Below, piece after piece: positions 9,952 to 19,307 of a stretch of 64,000 bases of DNA. The position numbers were made by a program, and so were the translations under genes. Numbering within the stretch: position 1 is the first letter of the stretch; each line of letters opens with the position of its first letter. The stretch covers positions 8,822 to 72,821 of the forward strand of contig CAYPRX010000006.1 in assembly GCA_964413265.1 (NCBI GenBank). Direction: 5' to 3'. Below the pieces are notes generated by a model. It did no database searches. It saw only the letters and a list, made by a program, of their open reading frames with translations, and was not told where the DNA came from. This stretch comes from an uncultured Brevinematales bacterium (GTDB taxonomy: Bacteria; Spirochaetota; Brevinematia; Brevinematales; JAOACQ01).

Positions 9952-12177
9952 TCAATGAAGGGGCAGCGGTAAACCGACATAGCCGTAAAACAGGCTGTAA
10001 AAATAACGGGTCTGTATTACTCTTCTTATATATTCCCGTGTCTCATCGTAATCTATGGATTCAATCCAGAGCTCGTTGCCATATGGGAACCTCTTTTTCC
10101 ACCGGTTCACGGCAGGTTCCCCGGCATTATAAGCAGCAAGGGCATAAAGATAGTTATGATGGTACTTCCTGAACAAATAATTTATATGAAAAGCTCCAAT
10201 TTCAAGATTATCCCTGAAATCAAAACAATTGTATTCTTCCTTTTTCATATTTCTTTTTATAATTTCCGCTGTCGCCGGCATCAGCTGTGCCATACCGGCA
10301 GCTCCCGCAGGCGAGACCGAATTCTTATTAAAATGGCTCTCCTCCCTGAAAACTGAAAGGGTCCAGAGGGAATCATTCGTATCTCTGGAGAAAGCCAGGA
10401 TATTGCTGAAATACAGTAGTGGATATAAGATCTTTCGCATCCTTTCCTCCAGGATCGGATGATATTCCCTCCCTCCGCAAATTTTTGTTATATAGAGGTT
10501 AAGCCTGGACAGAGCCGCTCCTTCCATTCCTATGCTTCTGTAAAAATCTCCGTAGTTATAAGATGCTTTCAGTCTGCTCACAGGGTCTGTTATTCTTCTG
10601 TCAACGATATTGAAGATTTCATGATTATAAGAAAGAAGCCCCCTGTTGAAGAATAAGAACAATTTCATAGGTAATATACCCGTAAGCGAGTCATCGGCAA
10701 AGCCCCTGGCAATTCCATCCTGAAAATCTTTAGAGAGTTTTGACTCCTCCGGAGAAGAATCTATTTCTCCTAAAGCAGTCAGTGAATTCAGCCTGTCGGC
10801 AGGATTCATATTTATATTTTTCTTCCTGAATTCCACGGTTTCTGAAGAGAAGATATTAGAAAATGATGATCGAAGGCTGGATTCATAAGTTCCAGAAACT
10901 ATACCTTCAAAAGTAAAAGGATGATATAGCTTAACCTTCAAAAATTTTATGTAAGCGTCAGAATTGTTCCCGGCGTTCAGATCATACAGAGCGTTCACAT
11001 AGAGAAAATAGGGATCGTCATCATTAAACTTCAGCATCTCCCTGGCTATTTTTTCAGCATTTCCCCTGTTATCCCCTAAGATAAGCCTGAAAATTTTCCT
11101 GCTGTTGGTCTGGTCGATCTCTCCTTTTGAAATTAGAGGATACGCCCAGGAGTAAAGCTCTTCATACTTGTGCATCTTATCAAGAATTCTTATCCAATCC
11201 TGTGTCAGCTCCGCAGTATATATTTCTACGGCTTTTTTAAGTAAAGAATAGGCCTCTCCATTATGGGAGTATTCCTGGAGAATGCCTGAAAAAGATTCTA
11301 TGCAGCAAGCCGAACATCCCCCGTGATTAAAACTCACATTAAATAATTTCAAAGCTTCATCAAAATCACCCTCCCTGCATAAAAGATAAAGCCGGCTTCT
11401 CAATATCAAATCTGCATCGTTGGTTATCGAGGCATATCTTTTCAGAAGGCGCGATGCAAAATCTGTCATATTGAATCTGTAAAAAACGTTTAAAGCCTGT
11501 GGAATTCTGTCAGGCAAAATCCTGTCAATGTCATCCTGCCTGATCAGGTTTGTTATACCGGCGAAAATAAGATTAAAATCCCTTTCATCATTAAAATCGA
11601 ATATTTCCGAAAAGAATTCATGCCTGCCCAGAGCATAGGACGAAAAAGCTCTGTACATCAACGCTGATGAATTTGTCTGTTTTAATCTGTCCAGCAATGC
11701 ATAATTAAGAGTCTTCCATTCGTAAAGAAGATAAATTTTTAAAACATCGTCATAGTATACCGAACCTTGATCTAGGCGGGCGAAAAGATCTATGATTTTG
11801 CCCGGAGAATTGGTCAGAATGTTTTCATCTTCCCTGCAATAGTCTCCGTATAAGATGAGGGAATAGTAATAGATATAATTTTCCCTGAAAAATCCTGATT
11901 CAGGATAATTGTTAAAACTGTCAGGATTTATCTTTGAGAACGCATCAGCAGCATTTTTATTATCTCTCATTTCCTGGAAATCCCTTCCAAGAAGATAACA
12001 CTCGACAGGTGAAAGGGACCCTTTCATGGATAAGACACTAATTGAGCGGCGGTAGCTGCCATCTTTGTAAAGTTTAAGTGCATCATCAAAAGTATTCGAA
12101 TAAATATAGTCAATCATTAAGACTATTAAAAATTCAGTTGTCAAGAGGACTTTCATGCAAATACCAAATTCTTTCAT
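9952..12177 (-). CDS. soluble lytic murein transglycosylase (Slt70-like: long helical N-domain plus C-terminal lysozyme-like domain)
   Basis: 741 aa. The C-terminus has REESHFN (catalytic E-S), GAAGMAQLMPATA and AAYNAGEPAV. The start codon overlaps the rnr stop by 1 nt. Confidence 0.75.
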   Translation of the reverse strand: MKEFGICMKVLLTTEFLIVLMIDYIYSNTFDDALKLYKDGSYRRSISVLSMKGSLSPVECYLLGRDFQEMRDNKNAADAFSKINPDSFNNYPESGFFRENYIYYYSLILYGDYCREDENILTNSPGKIIDLFARLDQGSVYYDDVLKIYLLYEWKTLNYALLDRLKQTNSSALMYRAFSSYALGRHEFFSEIFDFNDERDFNLIFAGITNLIRQDDIDRILPDRIPQALNVFYRFNMTDFASRLLKRYASITNDADLILRSRLYLLCREGDFDEALKLFNVSFNHGGCSACCIESFSGILQEYSHNGEAYSLLKKAVEIYTAELTQDWIRILDKMHKYEELYSWAYPLISKGEIDQTNSRKIFRLILGDNRGNAEKIAREMLKFNDDDPYFLYVNALYDLNAGNNSDAYIKFLKVKLYHPFTFEGIVSGTYESSLRSSFSNIFSSETVEFRKKNINMNPADRLNSLTALGEIDSSPEESKLSKDFQDGIARGFADDSLTGILPMKLFLFFNRGLLSYNHEIFNIVDRRITDPVSRLKASYNYGDFYRSIGMEGAALSRLNLYITKICGGREYHPILEERMRKILYPLLYFSNILAFSRDTNDSLWTLSVFREESHFNKNSVSPAGAAGMAQLMPATAEIIKRNMKKEEYNCFDFRDNLEIGAFHINYLFRKYHHNYLYALAAYNAGEPAVNRWKKRFPYGNELWIESIDYDETREYIRRVIQTRYFYSLFYGYVGLPLPLH

Positions 12178-13778
12178 CAGTTCGTTTCGAAAAGCAGGTC
12201 TAAAAAACCCTTTTCTACATTGACCTTTTTCACGGTAATGTTAACTCTGTCGCCAAGCGTATATTTTCTTTTAGATTTTTTCCCTATTGCGCAATAATTC
12301 TTTTCATCGTAATAATAATAATCATCGCTCATATCGCGGTATCTAACCAGACCTTCAACCCCGAATATCCTGATCTGTACAAAAATACCAAAGGATGAAA
12401 CACCTGTAATAATTCCATCGAATTTCTTATGGACTTTCGATTCCATAAAACGGATCGATTTTATTTTATAAAAATCCCTCTCGCTTTCCATAGCAACCCT
12501 TTCCATTGTGGATATATGGTCTGCTATCTTTCTCAATTCATCCTTGCTATAGACGGCAGAGTCTTTTTTGTTTTTCGATATGTAATTTTTAATCAACCTG
12601 TGAACAATAAGGTCGGCATAACGCCTGATAGGAGAAGTAAAATGTGTATAGTACTCGAAACCCAGGCCGAAATGTCCTATATTATCGGTATCATACCTCG
12701 CCTGCTGCATTGAACGGAGTAGAAGCTGGCTTACGAGCTCCCTGTGAGGCATATTCCTTGATTCGTCCAGTACCCTCTGGAGTTCAACAGGTGACGGGAC
12801 CGGAACACCGTAAATTTTATGACCCAGTTTCAGTGCGAGCCTGACAAAATCCTGGATTTTCTCCGCTGTAGGTTCGCTGTGTATCCTGTAAATCGATATA
12901 CCCTTTTCACCGAGGAATTTCGCTGTTATCCGGTTTGCAACAAGCATAAACTCCTCGATTATCCTTTCTGAAGCGAGGCGATCCTTAAGCCAGAATTTAA
13001 CCGGTTCGCCACTTTCATCAAGAACACATTTTTGCTCCCTGAAATCCAGGTCCAGGGCGCCTTCCCTGATCCTCTTTTTATAGAGGATCTGGTACAGTTC
13101 GTTCATCTGAGTCAAGCTTTTTTTTAGTTCCGGCGAGGGATATGCCTCTTTTCCATCTATGTAATCCTGAACTTTTTCATAGGTCAGCCTGTAGCTTGTG
13201 TGTATTATAGATTCATGCAGGGAATATTTTATTACTGTCCCCATCCTGTCTATCTCCATGATAATAGACAGCGTCAGCCTGTCCACGTCAGGGTTAAGAC
13301 TGCAAATTCCGTTTGAAAGCTTTTCGGGGAACATCGGCACAACCCTTGTGATAAAATAGAAACTGTTGGCCCGTCTCCGGGCTTCCCTGTCCAGAAGAGA
13401 ATCTTTTTTTACATAATATGAGACATCAGCGATATGAACACCCAGTTTCCAGCCGTCTGATAATTTTTCGATAGAGACAGCGTCATCAAGATCCTTAGCG
13501 TCCTCACCGTCAATCGTGAAGACTAAATCCCGCCTGAGATCCCGGCGATTAAGAATATCGCGTGTATCTATTCTTTCCGGGATTACTTCCGATTCGCGAA
13601 GTACCCTCGATGGAAATTTTTCCCTTATTTTATATTTCTCAAGAATAGCTCGAAAATCATCCGCTGCAGCGGAGCCTTTCCTGAAGGCCTTTTCAATAAA
13701 ACGCCTGTCGACCGGGGTTCCATCAGATCTCACTTTTCCCCTCATCATGGAACCTTTTCTCATTTCCTGAAGTGCCAA
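12177..13778 (-). CDS. rnr: RNase II/R-family 3'-5' exoribonuclease, short form (RNB + S1, no N-terminal cold-shock domains)
   Basis: 533 aa. RNB motifs are TIDGEDAKDLDDAVS, HIADVS, HFGLG...YTHFTSPIRRYADLIVHR. The C-terminal S1 domain has GIITGVSSFGIFVQI. The start is TTG, preceded by AGGAG 6 nt upstream. Confidence 0.8.
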   Translation of the reverse strand: MALQEMRKGSMMRGKVRSDGTPVDRRFIEKAFRKGSAAADDFRAILEKYKIREKFPSRVLRESEVIPERIDTRDILNRRDLRRDLVFTIDGEDAKDLDDAVSIEKLSDGWKLGVHIADVSYYVKKDSLLDREARRRANSFYFITRVVPMFPEKLSNGICSLNPDVDRLTLSIIMEIDRMGTVIKYSLHESIIHTSYRLTYEKVQDYIDGKEAYPSPELKKSLTQMNELYQILYKKRIREGALDLDFREQKCVLDESGEPVKFWLKDRLASERIIEEFMLVANRITAKFLGEKGISIYRIHSEPTAEKIQDFVRLALKLGHKIYGVPVPSPVELQRVLDESRNMPHRELVSQLLLRSMQQARYDTDNIGHFGLGFEYYTHFTSPIRRYADLIVHRLIKNYISKNKKDSAVYSKDELRKIADHISTMERVAMESERDFYKIKSIRFMESKVHKKFDGIITGVSSFGIFVQIRIFGVEGLVRYRDMSDDYYYYDEKNYCAIGKKSKRKYTLGDRVNITVKKVNVEKGFLDLLFETN

Positions 13779-13815
13779 CTTTAACTCCTAATATGTAAGA
13801 CATCCGCCGGTCAGG

Positions 13816-14148
13816 TCAGTCTATAATATCGATAAAGTTTCCTTTACCCTCTTCCTTTTTCGCCGGTTTATAAGTATCATTCACAGGTCTGCTTTTTTTC
13901 CCTTTTCCTTTCGGAATTCCCCCGCCGCCCTCTTTGTTCTTGCCTGAATCCGGGTTTATTTTATTAAATTCACCCGAATATTGCTCCAGATATTTGACAG
14001 TTGCATTTGTTTCAATGGATTGCTGACGGGTCTTTTCAAAGCTCATCAGCTGGCCGCTTTGAGCAGCATTTGTAGCACGTGCAATATTTTCCGAATGATC
14101 AGGTACCTTTGAAAAAAGGACCTGCAGGTCAATAGGTAAAACGCTCAT
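13816..14148 (-). CDS. hypothetical protein with a Lys/Gly-rich C-terminal half
   Basis: 110-aa ORF, co-directional with rnr, 37 nt upstream of it and immediately downstream of rnpB. I recognise no family. Confidence 0.4.
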   Translation of the reverse strand: MSVLPIDLQVLFSKVPDHSENIARATNAAQSGQLMSFEKTRQQSIETNATVKYLEQYSGEFNKINPDSGKNKEGGGGIPKGKGKKSRPVNDTYKPAKKEEGKGNFIDIID

Positions 14149-14183
14149 TGGCGCCTCTCCGAATATCGCCCCTTTTATTATTT

Positions 14184-14586
14184 GAAAGCAGGCTTTTAAG
14201 CCGGGTCCTGTCAGCGGAAACCCAAAGTTCCCGAAGGGGAAACATCTATCTTGATTTATTCTTACGAATAAATTCTAGCGGTTTACCCGCATTCCCTTCC
14301 CACTGAGTGGGAAGCCGCAAAGCCGCGTAGTCAGAATGCCTATTTAACCTTGCATCAGAGGGGGCTTGCCATGCCGGGCTACTTATGCAGCCCGCGGTGG
14401 TCTCTTAAACCGCCTTTTCACCCTTACCCGGTATCTTATAAAGAAACCCGGCGGTATCTTTTCTGTGGCGCTATCCATCCCCGCTCTTTTTGACCGGGGT
14501 CCGGCTGTTAACCGGCCTCCTGCTATAAAATGCCCGGACTTTCCTCCCTCCCGAAACCGGGAGAGCGTTTCCCCAGCCTGCTTTAA
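14184..14586 (-). ncRNA. rnpB: RNase P RNA, bacterial type A
   Basis: The reverse complement carries the universally conserved GAGGAAAGUCCGGGC (plus-strand 14532-14546). It also has GGGUAAGGGUGAAAAGGCGGUUUAAGAGACCACCGCGGG (around 14400-14440) and the 3' ACAGGACCCGGCUUA (14197-14211). The P1 helix is AAAGCAGGC (5' end, about 14576-14584) pairing with GCCUGCUUU (3' end, about 14185-14193). Length is about 400 nt. Confidence 0.88.
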
Positions 14587-14632
14587 CCATAATATATATT
14601 GATACTTAAAAGGCCTTTTGTCAAGTCTTTAC

Positions 14633-15445
14633 CTAAATGCACTGGTTATCCTGAATATTGTCAAAAGCTATTTCTTTCTCGCTTAATGCAGGATAAAGTT
14701 CCAGTAAATTAAGATTTTTTCTGCCGTTCCTGACTTCGAAATATACACCTGGACTTCCGGTCTTTTCCACATTCCCTGCACTGCCGATTACCTGGTTTAG
14801 AGATACAGTCTCACCCTCTTTCACCAATCTTTCACCCAGAAAACCGTAAACTGCAAAAAGATCTCCGCCATAATAAATAACGATCACATTATTATAGCCG
14901 TTTATTCTGCCTGAAAATTTGACTATGCCATTCCCTATGCTTTTAATTTTTGCATTTTCATTTAAAAATACAATCACTCCTCTCCCCCTGTTCTTGACCT
15001 GTTTGACATCCCCCATCTCAGCTGGCATAATAAATTTTTTATCTTTCATATAATCCTGTGGATTTTCATCCTGCAGGGATTCGTGAGACTTTACGCCTGT
15101 CGGGAGAATCAGAACCTGCCCTTCCCTGACATTTTCATTTTCAAGCTTGTTGATTATCCTTACGGTGTCAACTTTTACATTATAATAACGGGCTATTTTT
15201 GAGAGATTATCACCTTTTTTGACAGTATACCGGGTCAATCCCTCCGGTATGTAAAGGAGCTGCCCCCGTGAAATCATAACGGCCTGCAATTGGTTCATTG
15301 AAGATATGACATTAGAGGGTATGTTAAATTTTTTTGAAATGCTCCAAAGTGTATCCCCGCTTTTTACCTTATATTCAAGTGAAAAAAACTGGCAAAATGT
15401 GAATAGAAAGATATTAAGCAGGCTCAAACGGCAAATAACAAGCAT
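14633..15445 (-). CDS. LysM-LysM-degenerate LytM (M23-like) envelope protein, NlpD/EnvC-like
   Basis: 270 aa with a signal sequence and two LysM repeats (YKVKSGDTLWSISKKFNIP; YTVKKGDNLSKIARYYNV). The C-terminal M23 fold has lost its zinc ligands: GVYFEVRNG replaces HLHFE and YYGGDLFAVYGF replaces H.GG..T.Y.H. Confidence 0.75.
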   Translation of the reverse strand: MLVICRLSLLNIFLFTFCQFFSLEYKVKSGDTLWSISKKFNIPSNVISSMNQLQAVMISRGQLLYIPEGLTRYTVKKGDNLSKIARYYNVKVDTVRIINKLENENVREGQVLILPTGVKSHESLQDENPQDYMKDKKFIMPAEMGDVKQVKNRGRGVIVFLNENAKIKSIGNGIVKFSGRINGYNNVIVIYYGGDLFAVYGFLGERLVKEGETVSLNQVIGSAGNVEKTGSPGVYFEVRNGRKNLNLLELYPALSEKEIAFDNIQDNQCI

Positions 15446-15525
15446 AATTTGAAAAATAGCCCCCTATCCTTATTAAGAGACACCTTATTGTCGGAAAACG
15501 CTTAAAGGTTCTGAACTAATAAAAA

Positions 15526-15552
15526 GGCCCCGTCTTTTGAAAGGACGGGGCC
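15526..15552 (-). terminator. Rho-independent terminator downstream of the ABC ATPase gene
   Basis: On the minus strand, GGCCCCGUCC-UUUCAAAA-GACGGGGCC forms a GC-rich 9-bp stem followed by UUUUU. It lies 25 nt after the stop at 15577. Confidence 0.65.
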
Positions 15553-15576
15553 TATCCCCAACTTAGTTTATAATGT

Positions 15577-16683
15577 TTAGATTATGCACATTTCGGTCTC
15601 ATTGTCGAATAAATGGGCGTTCTTCAGTTCAAATATGAAATTAACATCCGTGTCACCGATATTAAGCACAATTGACGGGTCATATTTGGCTGTAAATGTT
15701 GTGGATGATGTAGAGAAAAATATATGCTGTTCAGAACCGAGATGTTCAACAATTTCAACATTTCCAACACCTACATTGCTGTCCAGCTGGGTGTGGTAGG
15801 TAGACTTATCATATATATCCTCGGGTCTTATACCGAAGGTAACTTCCTTCCCGACATATTTAGCCGCCTTCTCGTGAAATTGAGCTGGAAGCTTCATTTG
15901 GAAGTCGCTGAAATCAGCCCATAAAGAACCCTGCTTTTCCGTCAGCACAACATTGAAAAAGTTCATAGGAGGCGTTCCAATAAATCCCGCAACAAATTTG
16001 TTTACTGGATTTGAATACACATCCATCGGAGAACCAATCTGCTGAATGAGCTGATTGTTCATAACTACGATCTTAGTTCCCATAGTCATAGCTTCAAGCT
16101 GGTCATGTGTGACATAAATAGATGTAACTTTGAGTTTTGCATGAAGCTTGATAAGCTCAGCTCTCATCTGGACCCTGAGTTTAGCATCGAGGTTCGAAAG
16201 AGGTTCATCGAATAAAAACACCTTCGGCCTTCTCGTTATTACCCTGCCGATCGCGACCCTCTGTTTCTGACCGCCAGAGAGTGCTTTCGGTTTCCTCTTC
16301 AAATAATCAGTTATGTTAAGGGTTTCCGCCGCTTCTTTTACCCTCCTTTTTATCTCTTCCCTGGGATAATTTCGCAATCTGAGTCCGAATGCCATATTTT
16401 CCTCAACCGTCATGTGGGGATAAAGCGCATAATTCTGGAAAACCATAGCTATATCCCTGTCTTTAGGCTGTTTGTTATTGACAAGCACATTGTCGATATA
16501 AATCTCTCCTTCAGATATCTCTTCAAGCCCGGCAAGCATCCTCAGGGTCGTAGACTTTCCGCATCCGGATGGTCCAACCAGAATAACGAATTCGCGGTCT
16601 TTGATCTCAAGGTTGACATCTTTAACGGCAACAACACCTCCTTCATAAATTTTTGTGACGTGTTTAAACAACACTTCAGCCAT
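15577..16683 (-). CDS. sugar ABC transporter ATP-binding protein, MalK/MsmX/UgpC type, with no adjacent permease or binding-protein genes
   Basis: 368 aa. Signatures: Walker A GPSGCGKST, Q-loop, signature LSGGQKQRVAIGR, Walker B VFLFDEPLSNLD, H-loop VTHDQ, and a C-terminal TOBE/MalK regulatory domain. Confidence 0.9.
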   Translation of the reverse strand: MAEVLFKHVTKIYEGGVVAVKDVNLEIKDREFVILVGPSGCGKSTTLRMLAGLEEISEGEIYIDNVLVNNKQPKDRDIAMVFQNYALYPHMTVEENMAFGLRLRNYPREEIKRRVKEAAETLNITDYLKRKPKALSGGQKQRVAIGRVITRRPKVFLFDEPLSNLDAKLRVQMRAELIKLHAKLKVTSIYVTHDQLEAMTMGTKIVVMNNQLIQQIGSPMDVYSNPVNKFVAGFIGTPPMNFFNVVLTEKQGSLWADFSDFQMKLPAQFHEKAAKYVGKEVTFGIRPEDIYDKSTYHTQLDSNVGVGNVEIVEHLGSEQHIFFSTSSTTFTAKYDPSIVLNIGDTDVNFIFELKNAHLFDNETEMCII

Positions 16684-16815
16684 TTGTATCCTCCTAATTT
16701 TTTTAACAATAATTTGGGTATATTATTAATTTTCCAATATATATTTTACTTTGAAAATCAAAATGGTCAATATTTTAGATAAATATATGACATATTTAAT
16801 TATCATCATGAAAGT

Positions 16816-17859
16816 TTATTCCGGCATTCTGATCATGACTTTCATTACTTTATCCTTTACTTTATCTATATATTGATAAGCCTTGTCATAATCCCCGAAA
16901 CTGTAATAATCTGTAATCAGCTTGTCTGCAAAGATTTTTTTCTTACTGATCAAATCTATGGCATCGAGATAATCATTAGTCTGGTACATCAATGTGCCTA
17001 TGATTCTCAGTTCCCTGTCCTGGATAAAACCCAGGTTCACTTTTACTTCTTCAGGATAAACCGCAACTGCAATAATATCGGTGCCTTTCCGGGCATTAGC
17101 TACCGCCTGCGACAATACCTCCTGAACTCCGGCACATTCAAGAATGAGATCCGCTTTATCAGCCCCGAAGGCTTTGTTTATTTCCTCTGCAAGGATGGAT
17201 TTCGATGTATTAACAGCAACATCTATCCCGCATTCAAGAGCTTTTTGAAGTCTGAAATCACTGATATCCGTGATCATTGCCTTCCCCGCTCCTCTTGCCT
17301 TAGCCGTTTGTGCAACAAGATTTCCTATCGGGCCGGCGCCAAGGATAAGAATATTCTTCCCTTCGATTTTCAGACCGCTTCTTCCAAGGCAGTGACAGGC
17401 AACTGCTTCAGGCTCAACAAGGGCGCCCTCATCAAAACTCATGGAGGAGGGAATTTTTAATACCTTAGCCATATCCACCTTGAAATACTCCCTTGCACAG
17501 CCTTCGGTTTGAAAACCCATTACTTTCAGATTATCGCATATATTATAATTTCCAGTCCGGCATGGATAACATTTACCACAGACAACCTGAGGCTGCACAA
17601 CAACCTTGTCGCCCATTTTGAATTTATTGGCCCCTGAACCGATCTCGCTGATCTCTCCTGAAAATTCATGTCCCTGTATGACAGGGTAATGAGTATAGGG
17701 ATGCTTTCCATGATAGACATGAATATCGGAGCCGCATATGCCGATACGCTTGATCTTTATGATAATTTCATTGTCTGATGGTTTTGGGACCTTAACTTCT
17801 CTGAAAGATATCTTCCCAGGGGACATCATAATTGCTTCCATCATATATCTATCTCCCAA
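16816..17859 (-). CDS. zinc-dependent medium-chain dehydrogenase (sorbitol/L-iditol/threonine dehydrogenase-like)
   Basis: 347 aa. Signatures: GICGSDIHVYHG, GHEFSGE, the structural-zinc motif CGKCYPCRTGNYNIC, and the Rossmann motif LGAGPIGN. Confidence 0.85.
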   Translation of the reverse strand: MGDRYMMEAIMMSPGKISFREVKVPKPSDNEIIIKIKRIGICGSDIHVYHGKHPYTHYPVIQGHEFSGEISEIGSGANKFKMGDKVVVQPQVVCGKCYPCRTGNYNICDNLKVMGFQTEGCAREYFKVDMAKVLKIPSSMSFDEGALVEPEAVACHCLGRSGLKIEGKNILILGAGPIGNLVAQTAKARGAGKAMITDISDFRLQKALECGIDVAVNTSKSILAEEINKAFGADKADLILECAGVQEVLSQAVANARKGTDIIAVAVYPEEVKVNLGFIQDRELRIIGTLMYQTNDYLDAIDLISKKKIFADKLITDYYSFGDYDKAYQYIDKVKDKVMKVMIRMPE

Positions 17860-17981
17860 AAATATTTCTGAATTTTATTAAAAGTCAGGGAAAAACTTTC
17901 AAGATGAATTGAATGAATATTATAGTGGAATAATATTATTTTATCAATGGTCAAAACTGCCCATCCTGATCACCTTACACT

Positions 17982-18009
17982 TTGACAAAATCCATGGATC
18001 TTTTATAAT
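17982..18009 (+). promoter_or_regulatory. sigma70-type promoter candidate for the cNMP-binding protein/purB/mutS unit
   Basis: TTGACA (17982-17987), a 16-nt spacer, then TATAAT (18004-18009), about 30 nt upstream of the start codon. Confidence 0.45.
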
Positions 18010-18038
18010 ATTGTTTTATTTAATAAAAGTTTAGAGAG

Positions 18039-19307
18039 GTGGAAATGCCAGGAGGTAATTTCAATCTCGTACGTTTCAGGAAGGATGCCTATATACTCAT
18101 GGAGGGCCAGGCAGAGAACAGTGATTTTTATATAATAAAAAAGGGATCAGTCAGGGTAAGCAGTTCTATCAGTTTTTCGGAAAAACAATTAAAAGACGGT
18201 TCCTCCCTCCTTGGAGCAGGAGATTTTTTCGGCGTTATTTCATGCATGGCAAAGCGGCCCAATCTAGAAACAGTTTCGGCCGAGGAAGATACCCTGGCTG
18301 TAGCAGTACCCTGTGAAAAATTCGGTCTGCTGATCGAAAACAACCCATCAATAGCCTTGAAAATCATTCGTTATTTCAGCCGTATGCTCAGATATTACGA
18401 TTCCTTCTTATCAGGGATGGCATCCCGTATCTCTTACGTGGGAATGGAAGAGGACAGCCCGGAGAAATTGTTTGAGCTGGGGGAATACTTCTATACAAAG
18501 AAGGGAAACTATCCTTATGCAGGATATGCCTATCTTAAATTCCTGAGTGAAATGCCATCCAGCCGGAATAGCGAAATGGCCAGGGATAGGCTCAGTAATA
18601 TAGACAGCGCATCAGTTAAGACCGCACCGAAAAAAGACGGTAATATATTCATATATGATGATCAGCAGATAATTTTTCTTCAGGGTGAAACCGGTCAAGC
18701 CCTTTATGTTATACAGGAGGGTGAGGTCAAAATCAATAGATATCACGACAACCAGGAGATCCTCCTCAGCGTACTTAAAAAAGGTGATATTTTCGGAGAG
18801 ATGGCAATTCTCGATAATAAACCTAGGAACGCCAATGCTTTTGCCGATGCAGGACTTAAATTAATGCTGATAACAAAAGAGAATTTCAATTTCGTTGTAG
18901 ATAACTATCCTATGATTGCCACAAAAATTATAGAGCTCCTATCCGACAGAATCTGGATTATTTACCGTCAGATGATCAATATGCTTATTTCAAATCCTGA
19001 AATAAAAATATATGATGCATTATACACACAGCTTCTCAAGAACAGGGCTAATACAGGAGGGAAAAGACCATACACATTCGATTTTGGAGCCGAAGACCTT
19101 TTGAAATACACCGGTTTGCTCAATGAAGCGGGATGGTCGGTCTGGAATGATATCAGCAGGAATGACAGGGATTTCAGCATCTCTTCCGAAGGAAAAATAG
19201 TATATAATGATATTTCACAGATTGAACGCAAGATCAATCAAATTCGCCGGCAGATAGAGATCAAAGAGAACTTAATATCAAAAGCCGCGGATGAAGGGGT
19301 ACAATGA
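18039..19307 (+). CDS. protein with two cyclic-nucleotide-binding (cNMP/CAP-effector) domains
   Basis: 422 aa. The two cNMP folds are EGQAENSDFYIIKKGSVRV...GDFFG and GETGQALYVIQEGEVKI...GDIFGEMA...RNANA. I recognise no output domain. An ATG at 18045 is an alternative start. The stop overlaps the purB start (ATGA). Confidence 0.75.
   Translation: MEMPGGNFNLVRFRKDAYILMEGQAENSDFYIIKKGSVRVSSSISFSEKQLKDGSSLLGAGDFFGVISCMAKRPNLETVSAEEDTLAVAVPCEKFGLLIENNPSIALKIIRYFSRMLRYYDSFLSGMASRISYVGMEEDSPEKLFELGEYFYTKKGNYPYAGYAYLKFLSEMPSSRNSEMARDRLSNIDSASVKTAPKKDGNIFIYDDQQIIFLQGETGQALYVIQEGEVKINRYHDNQEILLSVLKKGDIFGEMAILDNKPRNANAFADAGLKLMLITKENFNFVVDNYPMIATKIIELLSDRIWIIYRQMINMLISNPEIKIYDALYTQLLKNRANTGGKRPYTFDFGAEDLLKYTGLLNEAGWSVWNDISRNDRDFSISSEGKIVYNDISQIERKINQIRRQIEIKENLISKAADEGVQ

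Noticed and set aside
14366-14602. 78-aa plus-strand ORF in the track (MPCRATYAARGGLLNRL...)
   Set aside because: It lies entirely inside the RNase P RNA gene on the opposite strand. Its Pro/Arg/Gly-rich product is what a GC-rich structured RNA gives when translated.
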